NCBI RefSeq assembly: GCF_000143415.4
Contig: NW_003314320.1
Coordinates: 124,001-188,000 of the forward strand
From: Selaginella moellendorffii
Taxonomy: Eukaryota; Plantae; Lycopodiophyta
Direction of reading: 5' to 3'
DNA: 64,000 nt
Part shown: positions 38,373 to 51,844 of the stretch, piece after piece
How the letters are laid out: each line of letters opens with the position of its first letter
Numbering within the stretch: position 1 is the first letter of the stretch
Notes under the pieces: generated by a model
The model's input: the letters and a program-made list of their open reading frames with translations, nothing else
Told to the model about the DNA's origin: nothing
The model's database searches: none
Program-made: the position numbers and the translations under genes

Positions 38373-39579
38373 TATATTTGGTTATACCCTGCTTCAATTA
38401 TCACGATATTATGCTACCAACGTTGTTTTCATCCAACGATATGGAATTTTTTTTGGACATTTTATATAAATGTCAATTGTGAACTGACCATATCAATCTC
38501 CATTGATCAATCCCAATTTCAAGCACAAAACATAATTCTTACTTACTAGATGTTTTGTATACTTTGACACTCCATCCAATATTTGAAATCCCGGTTTATC
38601 ACATAAACAAATCTATATATAGAATTTCATTATATAAAACTTGATGCTTCTTTATAATATGGTATAATGTTATAATCTATTTAAAAATATATTGAAATCT
38701 CAAAAAAAAAATTCTAAATATCTAAGTAAAAAATGCTGAAATAAGTTATTTTAAAAGTATTAATTATATATTATTGGTACATATAATACACTTCATTTCT
38801 CTCTTTTCAAGCTAAAAAGGTAATTTTTAATAAAAAAAAGGGATTTTCATGGCAAAAGGAAAAGGAAATATATTAAACTTCTCATAAACTAAATTTAATC
38901 TAATTTTTTATATAATTTAAATTAGAAAGGCTGGTAAATAATTTATTTCATAAATTTCTAAGGACCTGTTTTTAGAAATATTTTTAATATATTTGTAAAA
39001 ATCAAAGTACATTAAATGATTTTATTTTAATAATAATTTTTTTATTGATATGTTAAAAAAATATGAAAATGCATGTAGAGTTATGAAGGTAAAATACTTT
39101 TATTTATTTATTAATTTTAATTCAGTTGAATTTTTCTACAAATATTAAAAATTCTTTTTAATTCATGAAACATCTGAATATCGAGATATGTTATTTTACT
39201 TTATAGTTTTGAACTCACAAAAAATATTACTATATAGAAAATTTCTTTATAAATGGTTGACTTTTTACTTTAATTCAAACATGGAAATCAATAATTACAT
39301 TTAGAGATCTAGACAAAACTTGACAATGTAATATGACAACATGGCATTAAAGTTCACATTTTTCATTTTAGAATTCAAATTAAAGTTTTTAATCTTAACT
39401 CATTTTCTTGGGCAAATTTTCTTATAAAAGTTTGCCCTGGCAGTCTCTTCGTCTCAAGTAGAAATTAGTTTGCTCTTTGTCTTCTCCCGGTAAAATTTGG
39501 TTCTTCCTAGAGGACAAGATCTTCCATCACATTTCTTTCGTTTTGTTCTTCTTCTTTCTCTCCTTTCCAAATCTGGATC

Positions 39580-42500
39580 ATGAGCTTCGACGGATGCACT
39601 CCCAGATGCTCGCCTCTGTCATCGCCGTGGCGCCGGCTTGGGGAAGAAGAGGAAGGAACTTCTTATCTGGAGCGATGGAGGGTAAGCTCAATTCCTCCAG
39701 TTGGCAGGAGCTTTCTTCACGTTTTTCTTTTCTTCTCGGGACAGCAAGCAACGCTGGTGATAAACGCCATCCAGCGCTTCAAATGCAATTCAGAGCAGTG
39801 TGTCCAGATGACCTCTCAAAGCTCGCCGAACTCTCCATCCAGAAAATTCAGGCTTGGAACGAATGCCATCAGAGTAAGCCTGTCATCATTTTGACCTTGG
39901 CAATGTGCTCTCGTCACATGAACATGCTCAGGCTATATTTCGTTTTAAAGAAGCAGGCAAGTTAGCTGGAATCGACAGGAAAGAGTTAGTCACGCTTGTT
40001 GCTGATCACAACTTAGAGCTGCTAGAGCAGCTGGGAGGAGTAAGACAGATAGTCAACTCAGCTTGATTCTCATTTTACTCCCCAGGTTGATGGATTGGCG
40101 AAAGCTCTTTCGACCAGCACAAAGAATGGGATCGAAGACGAGGTTCCAAAGATCGAAAGAAGGCGACTGTTGTATGGGAGCAACACTTATCCTCAGCAGT
40201 CGCCAAAAGGCTTCCTGGTATTGCTTGTTGATCTTATCTGAATGCGCAGGAGATCAATGTTTTGTTTTGCAGGCTTTTCTATGGGAGGCATGCCAAGATT
40301 TGACACTCGTTATTCTAGGTGTTTGTGCAGTCGTCTCGCTGGCTCTTGCCTTGGCTACAAAGGTAAAGTTTGTTCAAAGTTTAGCAACTAGTTTCCATTC
40401 GCGGCTTTTGTTACGCTGTGTAGGCATCTTGGTACGATGGTGCAAGCATCGCTTTTACTGTGATTCTTGTCGTCTGCGTTACCGGTACAAGTGTTAAGTT
40501 GATACTATGTCGTCTTACATTATGCTCCTACCAGCTTGCAGTGATTACAAGCAATCGTTACAGTTCCAGCGCTTAAATGCCGAAAAACGGAAAATACACG
40601 TCGAGGTGAGGTGATCCAATTTGTTGTCTTACTTAGGGCTTTTACGCAGGTCTTGAGAGGAGGACGAAGGATTGGAGTCTCCATTTTTGAGCTTGTAGTG
40701 GGCGATGTTGTACCGCTCAAAACTGGTGATCAAATACCTGCTGACGGCGTTCTGGTTGATGGGTATTCGCTGGTGGTGGACGAGTCGAGCTTGACAGGCG
40801 AAAGCGACCCTGTAAGTGTCATTTGATTTGCTTTGAATCCAGTCAAAGCAATTTGCTACCTTTTGTAGATGCCCAAAGGACTTGATCATCCATTTTTTAT
40901 GTCTGGATGTAAAGTTGTGGATGGATACGGCACTATACTGGTAAAGCATTCTTGATCAGCTCTCCTTATATATATATATTGCAATGTAGATCACTAGCGT
41001 TGGAATAAACACTGAATGGGGTCGAGCAATGGCAGCACTTACGGACGATATCAGTGACGAAGAAACGCCTTTACAAGTGAGTGATTTTCGACGTCAATAG
41101 GCACTTGTATTTGAAAAACTCTCGTATAGATGAGGCTTGCTGGAGCAGCGACTGTTATTGGAGCGATTGGTTTGGCGGTAGCAATCATTTGTTTCTCCAT
41201 GCTGTTCATAAGGTTCGCAACTATTACTCAGTGTCATTCTTTCTGAACGTTTCAAGCAATGACAGGTACTTCGTTGAAGACTACAAGAAAGATAAGAAAG
41301 CTGTAGCGGTTTTCAAAAGAAATGTCAACATCCTCTCGGTTGCTGTAAGTGGTTGTTTACACACTCCTCGATTTCCATGACCACTTTCTTGCTGTTTTAT
41401 CAATCGACACCTATCAACTTTGCATGGTTTTAATTGTTTTGGTTGTGATAGGTAACTATTCTAGTCGTTGCTGTTCCAGAAGGCCTTCCACTTGCCGTTA
41501 CTCTGAGGTGAGTGCCTTTCATCGCTATCCTTGTTTTGATTTTCTATGTGGTGGATGTCTAGTCTTGCTTACTCTATGCGCAAGTTGATGACCCATAAAT
41601 CGCTAGTACGCCATTTGGCTGCTTGCGAGACAATGGGATCCGCGACCACTATCTGTAGTGACAAGACAGGCACGCTTACGATGAACCAGGTATTTTTTAT
41701 ACCTGGTTTTTTCCACTAAGTCATATGATACCGATTCTAGATGACTGTAATCGAGTCCTGGGTTGCCGGGCAAACAAGAAGCTTCCACGAGATAAGAGGC
41801 CTTCCAGATGCAGTCACAAGCGTGATCTTTGACGGGGTTGCACACAATTCTGCTGGAAGTGTTTACTATACACTGGACGTAAGTTTTCCTGACATTTTTT
41901 TAGTCAACTGGAGTTGCTGACATCGGGGACAGAGAAATGGAGTTCCTGAGGTTGCCGGAAGTCCCACAGAAAAAGCTCTTCTTTCTTGGGGATTACAGGT
42001 ATAGACAATGAGTACAAACGATTTATCTGATATGGTGATATGTGTGTTTGTGTTTTCTTAACAAAAGCTTGGCATGGACTATTCAACTGTTAGAGCTGCA
42101 TCTTCTATAATAGCTGTTGAACCATTCAACTCAACGAAGAAAATGGCAGGAGTTGCAATTAAGGTATCAACAGTCATCTTGTTTATCTGATTCATAAGCC
42201 CATGCAGCGAAATAATGGAACGCTGTGTGCCCTCTGGAAAGGAGCAGCTGAGATTATTTTGGATCTTTGTGAGAACTGGCTGGATGGAGAAGGAACAGAG
42301 AAGGTATTATCTAGCGAGATGGTAAGCACATACGTAGATTGTGTACTCTCTAAAACCTTTTGCACAGGTAAGCTCAATCCACGGGACGTTAACTCATATG
42401 GCTGCTTCCAGCTTGCGCTGTCTCGCATTCGCAATTAAAACATATAACTCCATGGATGGGAGGCCAATTCCAACGGCTGGCCTCACGTTTGTCGCCTTAG

Positions 42501-44351
42501 TCGGCATTAAGGTGACTCATATTCTTTCATTCATATACTAATATTTACAGCATAAGACCAATGTACTAACGAAGTGGATTCTATGCATCACCTTTTTGTA
42601 GGATCCTTGCCGGCCTGGTGTGCGAGAAGCTGTTCGAAAATGTCAAGACGCAGGAGTGAAAGTATATTAATCTATCCTTTTACCAACTTTCATTTTGGTT
42701 CTGATGTTGTCTTCAAGGTTCGAATGGTTACTGGTGACAATGTTTTGACGGCCAGGGCCATCGCGAGCGAGTGTGGCATCCTCATGCCTGGTGGATTAGT
42801 CTGCGAGGGGAGTTTTTTCAGAAACCTTACCGACAATGAAAGATTTCAAATTGTCCCAAAGATAGATGTAAGATCTGATGCTTACTTCCAATTGTGTTCA
42901 CTGTGCCGGACGTCCTACGCAGGTTCTTGCGAGATCAACTCCATCCGATAAGCTTCTCCTGGTCAAAACCTTAAAGTCTCTCAATGAAATCGTTGCTGTC
43001 ACGGGCGATGGCACAAACGATGCTCCTGCATTGCGCGAGGTTTGAGAAATATGATACTTCCTTTCATGCTCGTGTTGCTGATTTGTTTGTTCTAGGCACA
43101 TATTGGGCTATCCATGGGAATTGTAGGCACTGAAGTCGCAAAGGAAAGCTCAGACATTATTATTCTGGATGATAACTTTGCATCAGTTGTCAAAGTAAGC
43201 TCTTTGTGTTTTTTTTTATATCTTACAAGTTACACATTTTATAAATGTGTAGGTGGTGCACTGGGGTCGTAGTGTTTACGAGAATATCCAAAAGTTTATA
43301 CAGTTTCAACTCACAGTTAACCTTGCTGCCCTTTCGACTAATTTGGTAGCTGCTGGGAGATCTGAAAATGTACCACTTAACACTGTACAGGTTTGAAAAT
43401 TTACTCAATTTTTTTCTTACAACCTTTTGACACTGTTTATTAATCAGTTGCTATGGGTGAACCTGATAATGGACACGCTTGGGGCTTTAGCACTAGCAAC
43501 AGAGCCTCCAACAGAAGAAATGATGGAAAGAGCTCCTATCGGATTAAGGTACAAAGCAAGCTTTGGAAGTCCGCACGTTTTGCTCAATTCTTGATGTTTT
43601 CAAGCGAGCCGTTGGTCACAAATGTCATGTGGAGAAACATCTTTGGCCAGGTTGCATTCTCGAACTCAAGTAGCTTCTTTTCGGTTAAATCCTTACACTA
43701 TTTTCGGCAGGCTGCATATCAGGTTGCCGTGCTGCTGGTGCTGTATTTCAGAGGCGATCAGATCTTACATTTGAAGGGAAGCCCGGCTCAAAAGAACGTA
43801 CTACGAAACACGATCATTTTCAACTCTTTTGTGTTATGCCAGGTAGTTTAAAAATCCTCTATTCAGAGATGTTGATTTTGTGGATGCCAGGTTTTTAACG
43901 AGATCAACGCAAGGAAGCTCCAGAAACTCAATGTGCTCAAGGGAGTCTTTCAGAGTTATCTGTTTTGCACCGTCATAGGCGTTACTTCTGTGATCCAGGT
44001 TTTTTGTTGTGAAGCGTTTGCTATTGACTCAAAGGAGCAATGTTGATTGTAGATTGTGATCATCGAGTTCCTCGGCAAGTACTTCAAGACAACCCGACTT
44101 GCTACTCAGTACTGGCTCCTGTGTGTTGGTATTGGCTTTCTAAGGTTCGTCATCGCGAAATATTACGAAGTTCCCAATTTTTTGTTGTGCTTTTCCTTTG
44201 TTGTCTCAGCATCCCTCTCGCTTGCCTCATGAAGCTTGTGCATGTCCCGAAGAAACCGATTTTCAATGCGAACTGGTCACGGCGACGTCGCAGACCACAA
44301 CATCCAGGTAAAAAAACTCTCCCGTGGAATGGATCTTATAAGCTCGTTTGA
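39580..44351 (+). CDS. ACA: Autoinhibited P2B-type Ca2+-ATPase (ACA8/9/10-like), many exons
   Basis: CaM-binding RWR|[81 protein letters not shown]. Confidence 0.94.
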
Positions 44352-44517
44352 ATCAGGGTCCGATACCAATGGAACTTGCTGGGAGTGGAAGAAATGGAAT
44401 AAGAATCAAAGCAGCGGATTTGAGCATGTTGTACAAGTAGAGCAGTAGTAAGGTAAAGCTGGCTTCCAAGGGAAAGCTGTTCTTCTCATTCAGGAAAGAT
44501 GGCGAAGTCATAGATCT

Positions 44518-47340
44518 ATGGTTCCAGTTAAGTCGGGAAAGAACTCACAGGCAAAGAACGATGAGCAGTTCAAGAGATACCTCGAGCTCATCGAGTCGTC
44601 CAAGAGCTTGTCAAAGGCTTTGGCTGCGCACGCTCACATCGGCGCGACCAAGGATACATTCCTCTCAAACAAGCTCATCCAAATGTATGGAAGGTGCGGT
44701 GGCCCAGACCAGGCTCGCAAGATCTTCGACACTTTGGGACTTCGGAGAAACACCTTTTCTTGGGAACTTATGTTCGCTGCTTATACCAAGAACAGGCGCC
44801 TGGGAGAAGCCAGAGAGCTCTTCGATCGAATGGAGAGACGGGACATAGTTTCGTGGACGACGCTCGTCACAGCTTATGCCCAGAACGGGCACGTCGATGA
44901 TGCAAAGTTGGTGCTGGAAGCGATGCCTCGCCATGACACCGTTGTCTGGAACGTAGTTCTCGGCAGCTACGTCCAGAGCGATCGCATGGACGAGGCACTA
45001 GAAATCTTTGACAGGATGGGCGATGACCGAGACATTCTCTCCTGGAACGCGATGCTCGCGGGGTATTCGCGGAATGGAGAGGTGGAGATGGCCGAAGAGA
45101 TCTTCGCCCGGATGCCACTGCGGAATAACAGGTCCTGGAACACGATGCTGGCTCTCTATTCCCAGGCCGGGTTTATAGAAGAACTTGAACTCCTTTTCTC
45201 GATCATGCCGGACAGTGACATGGTTTCTTACTCCACTGCAGTAGCAGCGTATTCACAGATGAGACTCGTGAAAGAAGCTAGCGCTCTCTTCCGGAAAATG
45301 CCAGTGTGGGATCTTGTCTCGTGGAACTCGGTGCTGTCGGCCTATGCTCAGAACGATCATATGGAAGAAGCCAGGGAGTTCTTCCGGTTGGAGCTCCCGG
45401 AATGGGATTTGATCTCGTGGAACACGCTGCTCTGCGGGGCTTCTCGATCCGGACGCTCCGAGCTCGCTGTTGCGATCTTCCGCGAGATGCCGAGCCACAG
45501 TGTCGTCAGCTGGAACGCTCTCCTCGGCTGCTGCGAAGAACTGGAAGCCGCGAGGAAGATTTTCGAGACAATGATGCCGCAGTGGAGTGGGACCTCGGTG
45601 ACGAGCATGGTGGCTGTTCTTATCCGGAGTGGCTGCTTCGAACAGGTACTGGAGCTCCTCGAGAAGATCCCGGAGAAGAGCTTAGTGGTGTGGAACTCGG
45701 TGCTAGCAATGCTCCGGGAAGATGGAAAGCTGAGAGAAGCCGAGATGGTGTTTGAGGAGATGGCGTGTGGGAACGTTTTCTCCTTCACGGCAATGGTGGC
45801 GGCCTATGCCGAGTCGGGGCATATCACTCAAGCGCAGCGGCTTTTCGAGGATCATATGCTCGAGCACGACTTCGTCTCGAGCTCCCTGATGATCGGTTCT
45901 CTCTCGCAAGCCGGGGACTTGGGCGCTGCCGAGAAGATCTTCGCGGGGATGCCGCTGCTCGACTCGGTAACTTGGAATGAGATGCTGGCCGCGTATGTTC
46001 ATCATGGGCATGTCGAGAAGTCACGAGAGATCTTCAGCCAAGTGCCGCGAAAGGATCTTTGTTGCTGGAACTCGATGCTATCTATCCTCCACAACTGCGA
46101 CGAGGCCATGGATTTCTTCGAGAACTCAATGCCGGCGAGGGATATGGTCTCTTGGAACACGCTTCTGGCGGCCTATGCCCGCGCTGGGAATACCAAAGAG
46201 GCAATACGAGTCTTCGAAGACATTCCGGAATGGAATCTCGTGTCCTGGAACTCGATCCTGGCCGTCCATCCCGATGCCCACAGGCTGTTTGTGCGGGAGG
46301 TTCCAGAGTATAATCTCGCCACCTTTAGCACCATGCTGACGTGGTATGCCCGGTCCGGGCATGTTGTCTCTGCGGTTGATCTCTTCCAGAAAATGCCCGA
46401 GAGAGATTTAACGGCGTGTAACAACATGGTGGCTGTGTACTCACAAGAAGGCCATGCGGAGGAGGCCCAGGAAATCTTTGATTCCATGCCATGTCACAGC
46501 TTAGCATCTTGGGCCGGCATTGGGAATATTTACGATTTCAGGAGAGCCAAGAAACTATACGAGAATATCCCAGAGCTAGATGTGTGCTTGTCCACAAGAC
46601 TCTTTTCTTTATATGCTCTATGCAATGAGTTTGGTGAGCTTGAGATGCTCTTTGAGAGGTTCTTACAAAAGAGTTTGGCTCTCTGGACTTCATTGTTAGT
46701 GGCAGTTTCTCAAGTTGGTGATTTGGATAGATGCGTGGGAATCTTTGCCAGAATGCCCGAGTGGGACTTGGTATCATCAACAGTCATGCTTGTGCTTTAT
46801 GCCCAGAAAGGTTATCTTGAGGACGCTCTGGGTTTGTTTGCTTCTATGCCTGAGAAAGATACTGTGTGCCACACTGCAATGCTCTCCGCATATGCCCAAC
46901 AAGATTGCATTGCGGAGGCCTGGCAAATCTTCTGGGATATTCCCCAGAGGAACTTAGTATCTTGGTGTGCGATGCTAGCAGTTTATTCTCAGAATGGGAA
47001 TCTTGAACAAGCGTTCCATCTGTTTCAAATGATGCCAGAGCAAAACACTGTTTCTTGGAGTGCAATGTTGGGTGCACATGCCCAGGGTGGCCATTCATCT
47101 CAAGCTTTTCAGTTGTTTTATGAGATGAATTTGAGTGAAATGCCATCAGAGTCATGCTTTGTGTCTCTTCTTCTAGCATGTAGCCATACAGGCAAACAAA
47201 GCTTTGCCAAGCATTATATTGTATCCATGGCTGATGATTTTGGAATACAAGTTGGAGATAATGCTAAATGTTGCTTGATGGATCTCTTAGCTAGAAGTGG
47301 GAATTCAATGAGTACAAGCATTTGGTCTTTGCAGCAATGA
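44518..47340 (+). CDS. PPR protein dominated by short ~31-aa motifs, ending after a partial E-like region
   Basis: 940-aa intronless ORF of tandem D/N.VSWN.ML.AY...G....A..F..MP units. Confidence 0.9.
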   Translation: MVPVKSGKNSQAKNDEQFKRYLELIESSKSLSKALAAHAHIGATKDTFLSNKLIQMYGRCGGPDQARKIFDTLGLRRNTFSWELMFAAYTKNRRLGEARELFDRMERRDIVSWTTLVTAYAQNGHVDDAKLVLEAMPRHDTVVWNVVLGSYVQSDRMDEALEIFDRMGDDRDILSWNAMLAGYSRNGEVEMAEEIFARMPLRNNRSWNTMLALYSQAGFIEELELLFSIMPDSDMVSYSTAVAAYSQMRLVKEASALFRKMPVWDLVSWNSVLSAYAQNDHMEEAREFFRLELPEWDLISWNTLLCGASRSGRSELAVAIFREMPSHSVVSWNALLGCCEELEAARKIFETMMPQWSGTSVTSMVAVLIRSGCFEQVLELLEKIPEKSLVVWNSVLAMLREDGKLREAEMVFEEMACGNVFSFTAMVAAYAESGHITQAQRLFEDHMLEHDFVSSSLMIGSLSQAGDLGAAEKIFAGMPLLDSVTWNEMLAAYVHHGHVEKSREIFSQVPRKDLCCWNSMLSILHNCDEAMDFFENSMPARDMVSWNTLLAAYARAGNTKEAIRVFEDIPEWNLVSWNSILAVHPDAHRLFVREVPEYNLATFSTMLTWYARSGHVVSAVDLFQKMPERDLTACNNMVAVYSQEGHAEEAQEIFDSMPCHSLASWAGIGNIYDFRRAKKLYENIPELDVCLSTRLFSLYALCNEFGELEMLFERFLQKSLALWTSLLVAVSQVGDLDRCVGIFARMPEWDLVSSTVMLVLYAQKGYLEDALGLFASMPEKDTVCHTAMLSAYAQQDCIAEAWQIFWDIPQRNLVSWCAMLAVYSQNGNLEQAFHLFQMMPEQNTVSWSAMLGAHAQGGHSSQAFQLFYEMNLSEMPSESCFVSLLLACSHTGKQSFAKHYIVSMADDFGIQVGDNAKCCLMDLLARSGNSMSTSIWSLQQ

Positions 47341-48278
47341 AGTGTTGTCTATTGAGTGACTAAAAGATGATGATACAATCTACAGAAATTATGTTTGTCC
47401 CAATCACAAGAATGAGATTGCATAATATTGATAAGAGGTATAAATTTCAATAGTTTATATACAGAAATTTATCAAACTAGCTTTTACAACGTTTTTTAAT
47501 TAATGTTATTTTAAAAGTATAACATGAACAAAGTCTTGTTACTCAATATTGTAATCTATAGTAATATGAATAAAATGTTGTTGCTAAAGATAGTAAGTAA
47601 ACAAAAATATAGAAAGAATTAGTATATAAATTATGGTGAATAGAATGGATAATTCATTAAAATAGTGCAATAATTCCTTTCTAGTTCTATTCTTTGGGAC
47701 TATCTCATAATAGCTTTACCATTCATAACATATTATTTTTATTTATCATTTAAAAAACTTGAGCTAAAAATACACTCTCCAAAACTAAATCAAAGTAAAT
47801 TTTAAACATGACAGATTTCTATAATCCATTAACTTGGGTTGAGTTTGTAGTAACAATTATCAATCTCCCCCCTGCCCTCCCCCCCAGACACAAAAAAAAA
47901 TAAAAAATAAAAAAATGTAGTATTTATGTATATATATTATCATCTATATAAGAATAAAATATTCATATGTAACAAAACATAAATTTATAATGGTCCCTTA
48001 TCTAAAAATATTTGATTAATTTACTTATTTTATAAACAAATATTTAAATTTTCATTAAGCATACATTTAGGACATAAAAGACATTAAAAAAATGAATTTT
48101 TTATCATCTTTGCCTTTAAAAGAATTTATAGTTAATTTCTAAAGTTTTGAATAAAAAATTAATAGAAGAATAGATAGAGTAGATTTATTTAATTATTTCA
48201 TAAAACAATATTCAAAAATTATAGTGGTTTATTTTTATTATGATATGAAAATCATATACAAAATTGCTTTGATATTAA

Positions 48279-48280
<2 letters not shown>

Positions 48281-48340
<60 letters not shown>

Positions 48341-48355
48341 ATATATATATGTATG

Positions 48356-48389
<34 letters not shown>

Positions 48390-48423
48390 TGTATGTATGT
48401 ATGTATGTATGTATATATGTATG

Positions 48424-48456
<33 letters not shown>

Positions 48457-48459
48457 GTG

Positions 48460-48514
<55 letters not shown>

Positions 48515-48517
48515 GTG

Positions 48518-48571
<54 letters not shown>

Positions 48572-48576
48572 TATAT
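48281..48576. repeat. (TA)n/(TATG)n compound microsatellite
   Basis: Directly visible. Confidence 0.97.
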
Positions 48577-48661
48577 CATATAGTGTTGATGAGGAAATAT
48601 AAATAATTTGATATGTTACCCTAAATTATTAGAATTTCAGTAAAATTAATATTTAAATTTC

Positions 48662-49000
48662 CAGATCTTCATTCATCCTGATCATTGAGATCTTATGGCC
48701 TTCTGGACACCTTGGGGCCTCTTCGCTTTCAACGTCCTCCCGTTTGGCTTGTGTAATGCCGGAGCTACCTTTTAGTGCTTTATGACCCATGCCTTTCATG
48801 ACTTGATTGGAGGCACCTTGAGGGTGTATATGAATGATTTGTGCATGACCTCTGACTCCTTTGAGGACCACTTTGTGCACTTGGAGCAGATCTTCACTCG
48901 TTGCCAACAACACAAGTTTTCATTGAACCCGAGAAAGTGAAAATTCGGGGTGATTGAAGGCCGGTTGCTAGGCTTTGATGTTTCACAGGACGGGATTAGT
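48662..49000 (+). mobile_element. Ty3/Gypsy reverse-transcriptase fragment
   Basis: QIFIHPDH*DLMAFWTPWGLFAFNVLPFGLCNAGATF*...VYMNDL...LNPRK*KFG...LLGFDVSQDGI; three stops; the YxDD motif reads YMND. Confidence 0.9.
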
Positions 49001-49209
49001 CATTCTTTTTGGTTGTTTACACAATACTCAGCTATAAATAGCACATCATCAAGAAGTGAATTATCATATTTTAAACTCAAAACACTATAGACTGAATATA
49101 GGGTTTTATTTCTATCATGATTGTTAGCAACTATGCTATTAATTCTATAGGAACTTCAATTTTTTAGAGCAGTTTATAGTCACTCAATAAAAGAGCTCTA
49201 TCACATACA

Positions 49210-51720
49210 GAAATAACCCTAAAAACCCTAGCTTATATATAGTAACAAGTGGTCCAAATCAAAACCAATCTAATTGCTATTAAAAATTCATGATGCTAAT
49301 ATTAATATATGATATTATAGCCATACAATTGGACATCATATCATCCTCTCTTCTTAAAAGGGTGGAATGTAGTCAGGTTCTCTGGTTGATGGGCTAGGAT
49401 TTAGAAGAATATCAGGAAGAGGTATCAATTGATTTATAAGCGGTGTTAGTTGTTCATGATCCCTTTATACGAAGCATTTTAGTTGTTGCATATTCATAAT
49501 TTATGGGGGATTGGCTTATTGAATGTTATATTAAACTTCATAAACTTATAGTCTAACTTGCCGTAACACTTAATATAGTTCCTTCCACTGAGCAAGGAGC
49601 CCTTTAGACAAACCACATACCATAAGATTCACAAAATACCAAGTCATTCACTTTGTACTCCGCAAGTGGATAATAATGGAAATTTTCCATCTTTGTCTCA
49701 TTTATATGTGGCCCAAGTGTTTAGCAAAAGTTTACTTGAACTAGTGAAAGGATACTTATCAAATATTGATCCCAAGGCCTAGTATCAGTAGCTCATGGGA
49801 AACATAAAGGTAAATTTAACTCCAATAGCAATATCTAATCATGACTATATAAGAGTTTTTATAGTGAAGTATCAATAAAACTCTATACTGTTTTTATATA
49901 TGTATACAGAAGAGACAACAAATAACCATTGTAATCTGAATGCTAAAATTTCACATACTTCACGATCATACTTTTGAAGGTCTAAATGAGTTGTTCCATA
50001 AAACTATCTATTTATGGATGATAAGCACTTGTGAAAGTGTGGCATATCCTCAGCTGAGATATTAAAATATGAAATGTCTCATCCATAAATGCGGGAGCAC
50101 TATCTGAGAGAATTCACTCCAGACAAAAATGTTGGAACACCATTCAATTAAAGAGGAAGTTGTAAGCTCTTGAGAGAAATTGTTCTGGACAAAACTATTG
50201 GAACACTATTCAATTGAAGAGGAAGTTATAAGTTTTTGAATTTGGACTTCTTGGAAATTCATCTAACCCAATACTATTCAAACCTAAGGACATTTAACCT
50301 AAAGTATCATAAAACCCTTAATTGACTAGAAAATAGATTGCACTCTTATTCATGGGCCTTTTCTGTATATATTTAAACCTATATGAATCGTGTCTTGAGT
50401 TGTTTTCTTTGGTTATTTATAATCCACCACACTTCCCTACAAGTTCACGTGAGAGCTGTAACTTTCCCGAGAGCTTTGCTCTCTTGACACCTTACCCCTT
50501 GGGTCGAGCCCAATCAAAGGAAAACTAAATTTACTAAATGTCAATTTCAACATATAGTATAATTCCTTTAACCAACTAATAAAGTTAGACCCAAGACCCA
50601 AATGTAACCTCATTAATTTGGACTTCCTTGGAGGTCATCTAACCCAATATTATTCAAACCCAATAACATTTAATGCCAAGTATCCCAAGACCCTTAATCA
50701 ATTTGAAAAAGGGGTGTGCTCTCGTTCATAGGCTCTTTCTCTTTATATTTAAATATATTTAAATATGTGGATCATCTCTCGAATTGTTCTCTTTAGTTGC
50801 TTATAGAAGTATTTAATATCAATTATAGATGCACTAGCAAGATCACTAACTTTCACTTAATGAGTCAAATAGTCAAAAATAATAATAATATACTCATTGC
50901 CAGTAGTTGGAAAGGGCCTTATCAAATCAAATGCCACCAACTCAAACAAATAGAACACTGCATTTGAGTTTAACTATCTTTCCATAACATAAGGGGGAGT
51001 ATTATGAGTTTGGCACTAAACGCAGCTATGCATATAGATAACATCATATCACATCTCTAACCAATAAAAAAACTAACATAATTTTTCAATCACACAACGA
51101 TATCTTATAAGCTTATATAGAATGGGAGAATCATAGTAGGCATGGAGAAAGCATGGAATAAAAATTAAAGGCACCACCAATTATAAATGGTCATTAAAAT
51201 CCATCCCTATAAAATAAAGAATGTCATCTTTAAAATAATATTGAGAATGTAAATGCTGAAATAACAAGTTATCAGCAAGTGATGTAGGAATCTCAAATCC
51301 ATCGTGTAGCTTTCAGATACATAACTCAACTTTTTGAGCCTCACGAACCTCGTCAGAAAAAGGTAAATCTTGCTCTATACCTTGTAGATACTGAATATCA
51401 AATACAATAACCATCGATAGCACAAAATCCTCATCTAGAAAATTTATAAATGCTAAAACAATAGACTTGTCAAAAATAGGAGAAAGAATGAAAAACAGAA
51501 AGAAGCTTAAGAAAGGGCATTAAAACTCTTTAGGTCATGAACAACTTCAAAATTATATATCTTAAGCTTCAGGGGATATCGAGTAGTATGACCAACTAAA
51601 TTCTTTTGCTTCAATAACGAAGTAACCATAACATTATCACCTTTTAGTAATATTTGAGAACCATGTAAATATGCATGAAACTTTTTGAAATCACTATTGC
51701 TAAACACTCATTCTCTATCG
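49210..51720 (-). mobile_element. Decayed Gypsy element: integrase and RNase H remnants
   Basis: Minus strand TFTSAYHP (~50030), LSKGLLAQWKELY (~49590), RNase H FHAYLHG...LLKQKNL...YNFEVVH (51507-51707); PPT-like AAGAAGAGAGGA beside an LTR-like segment at 49210-49343 that resembles ~56135-56262. Confidence 0.7.
50105..50805. repeat. Internal direct repeats (~66 bp x2 and ~185 bp x2)
   Basis: 50105-50238 is a tandem pair; 50239-50420 is repeated, diverged, at ~50616-50805. Confidence 0.7.
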
Positions 51721-51844
51721 TGGAATACTTCATCTCTACTAATTGTAATATACAACTGATGTATATAATAGGATGATGTTAACCAAACACAATCATGATT
51801 TGTTGCATCAACCTCTATCAACATCCTAACCCAAGACTACCACA

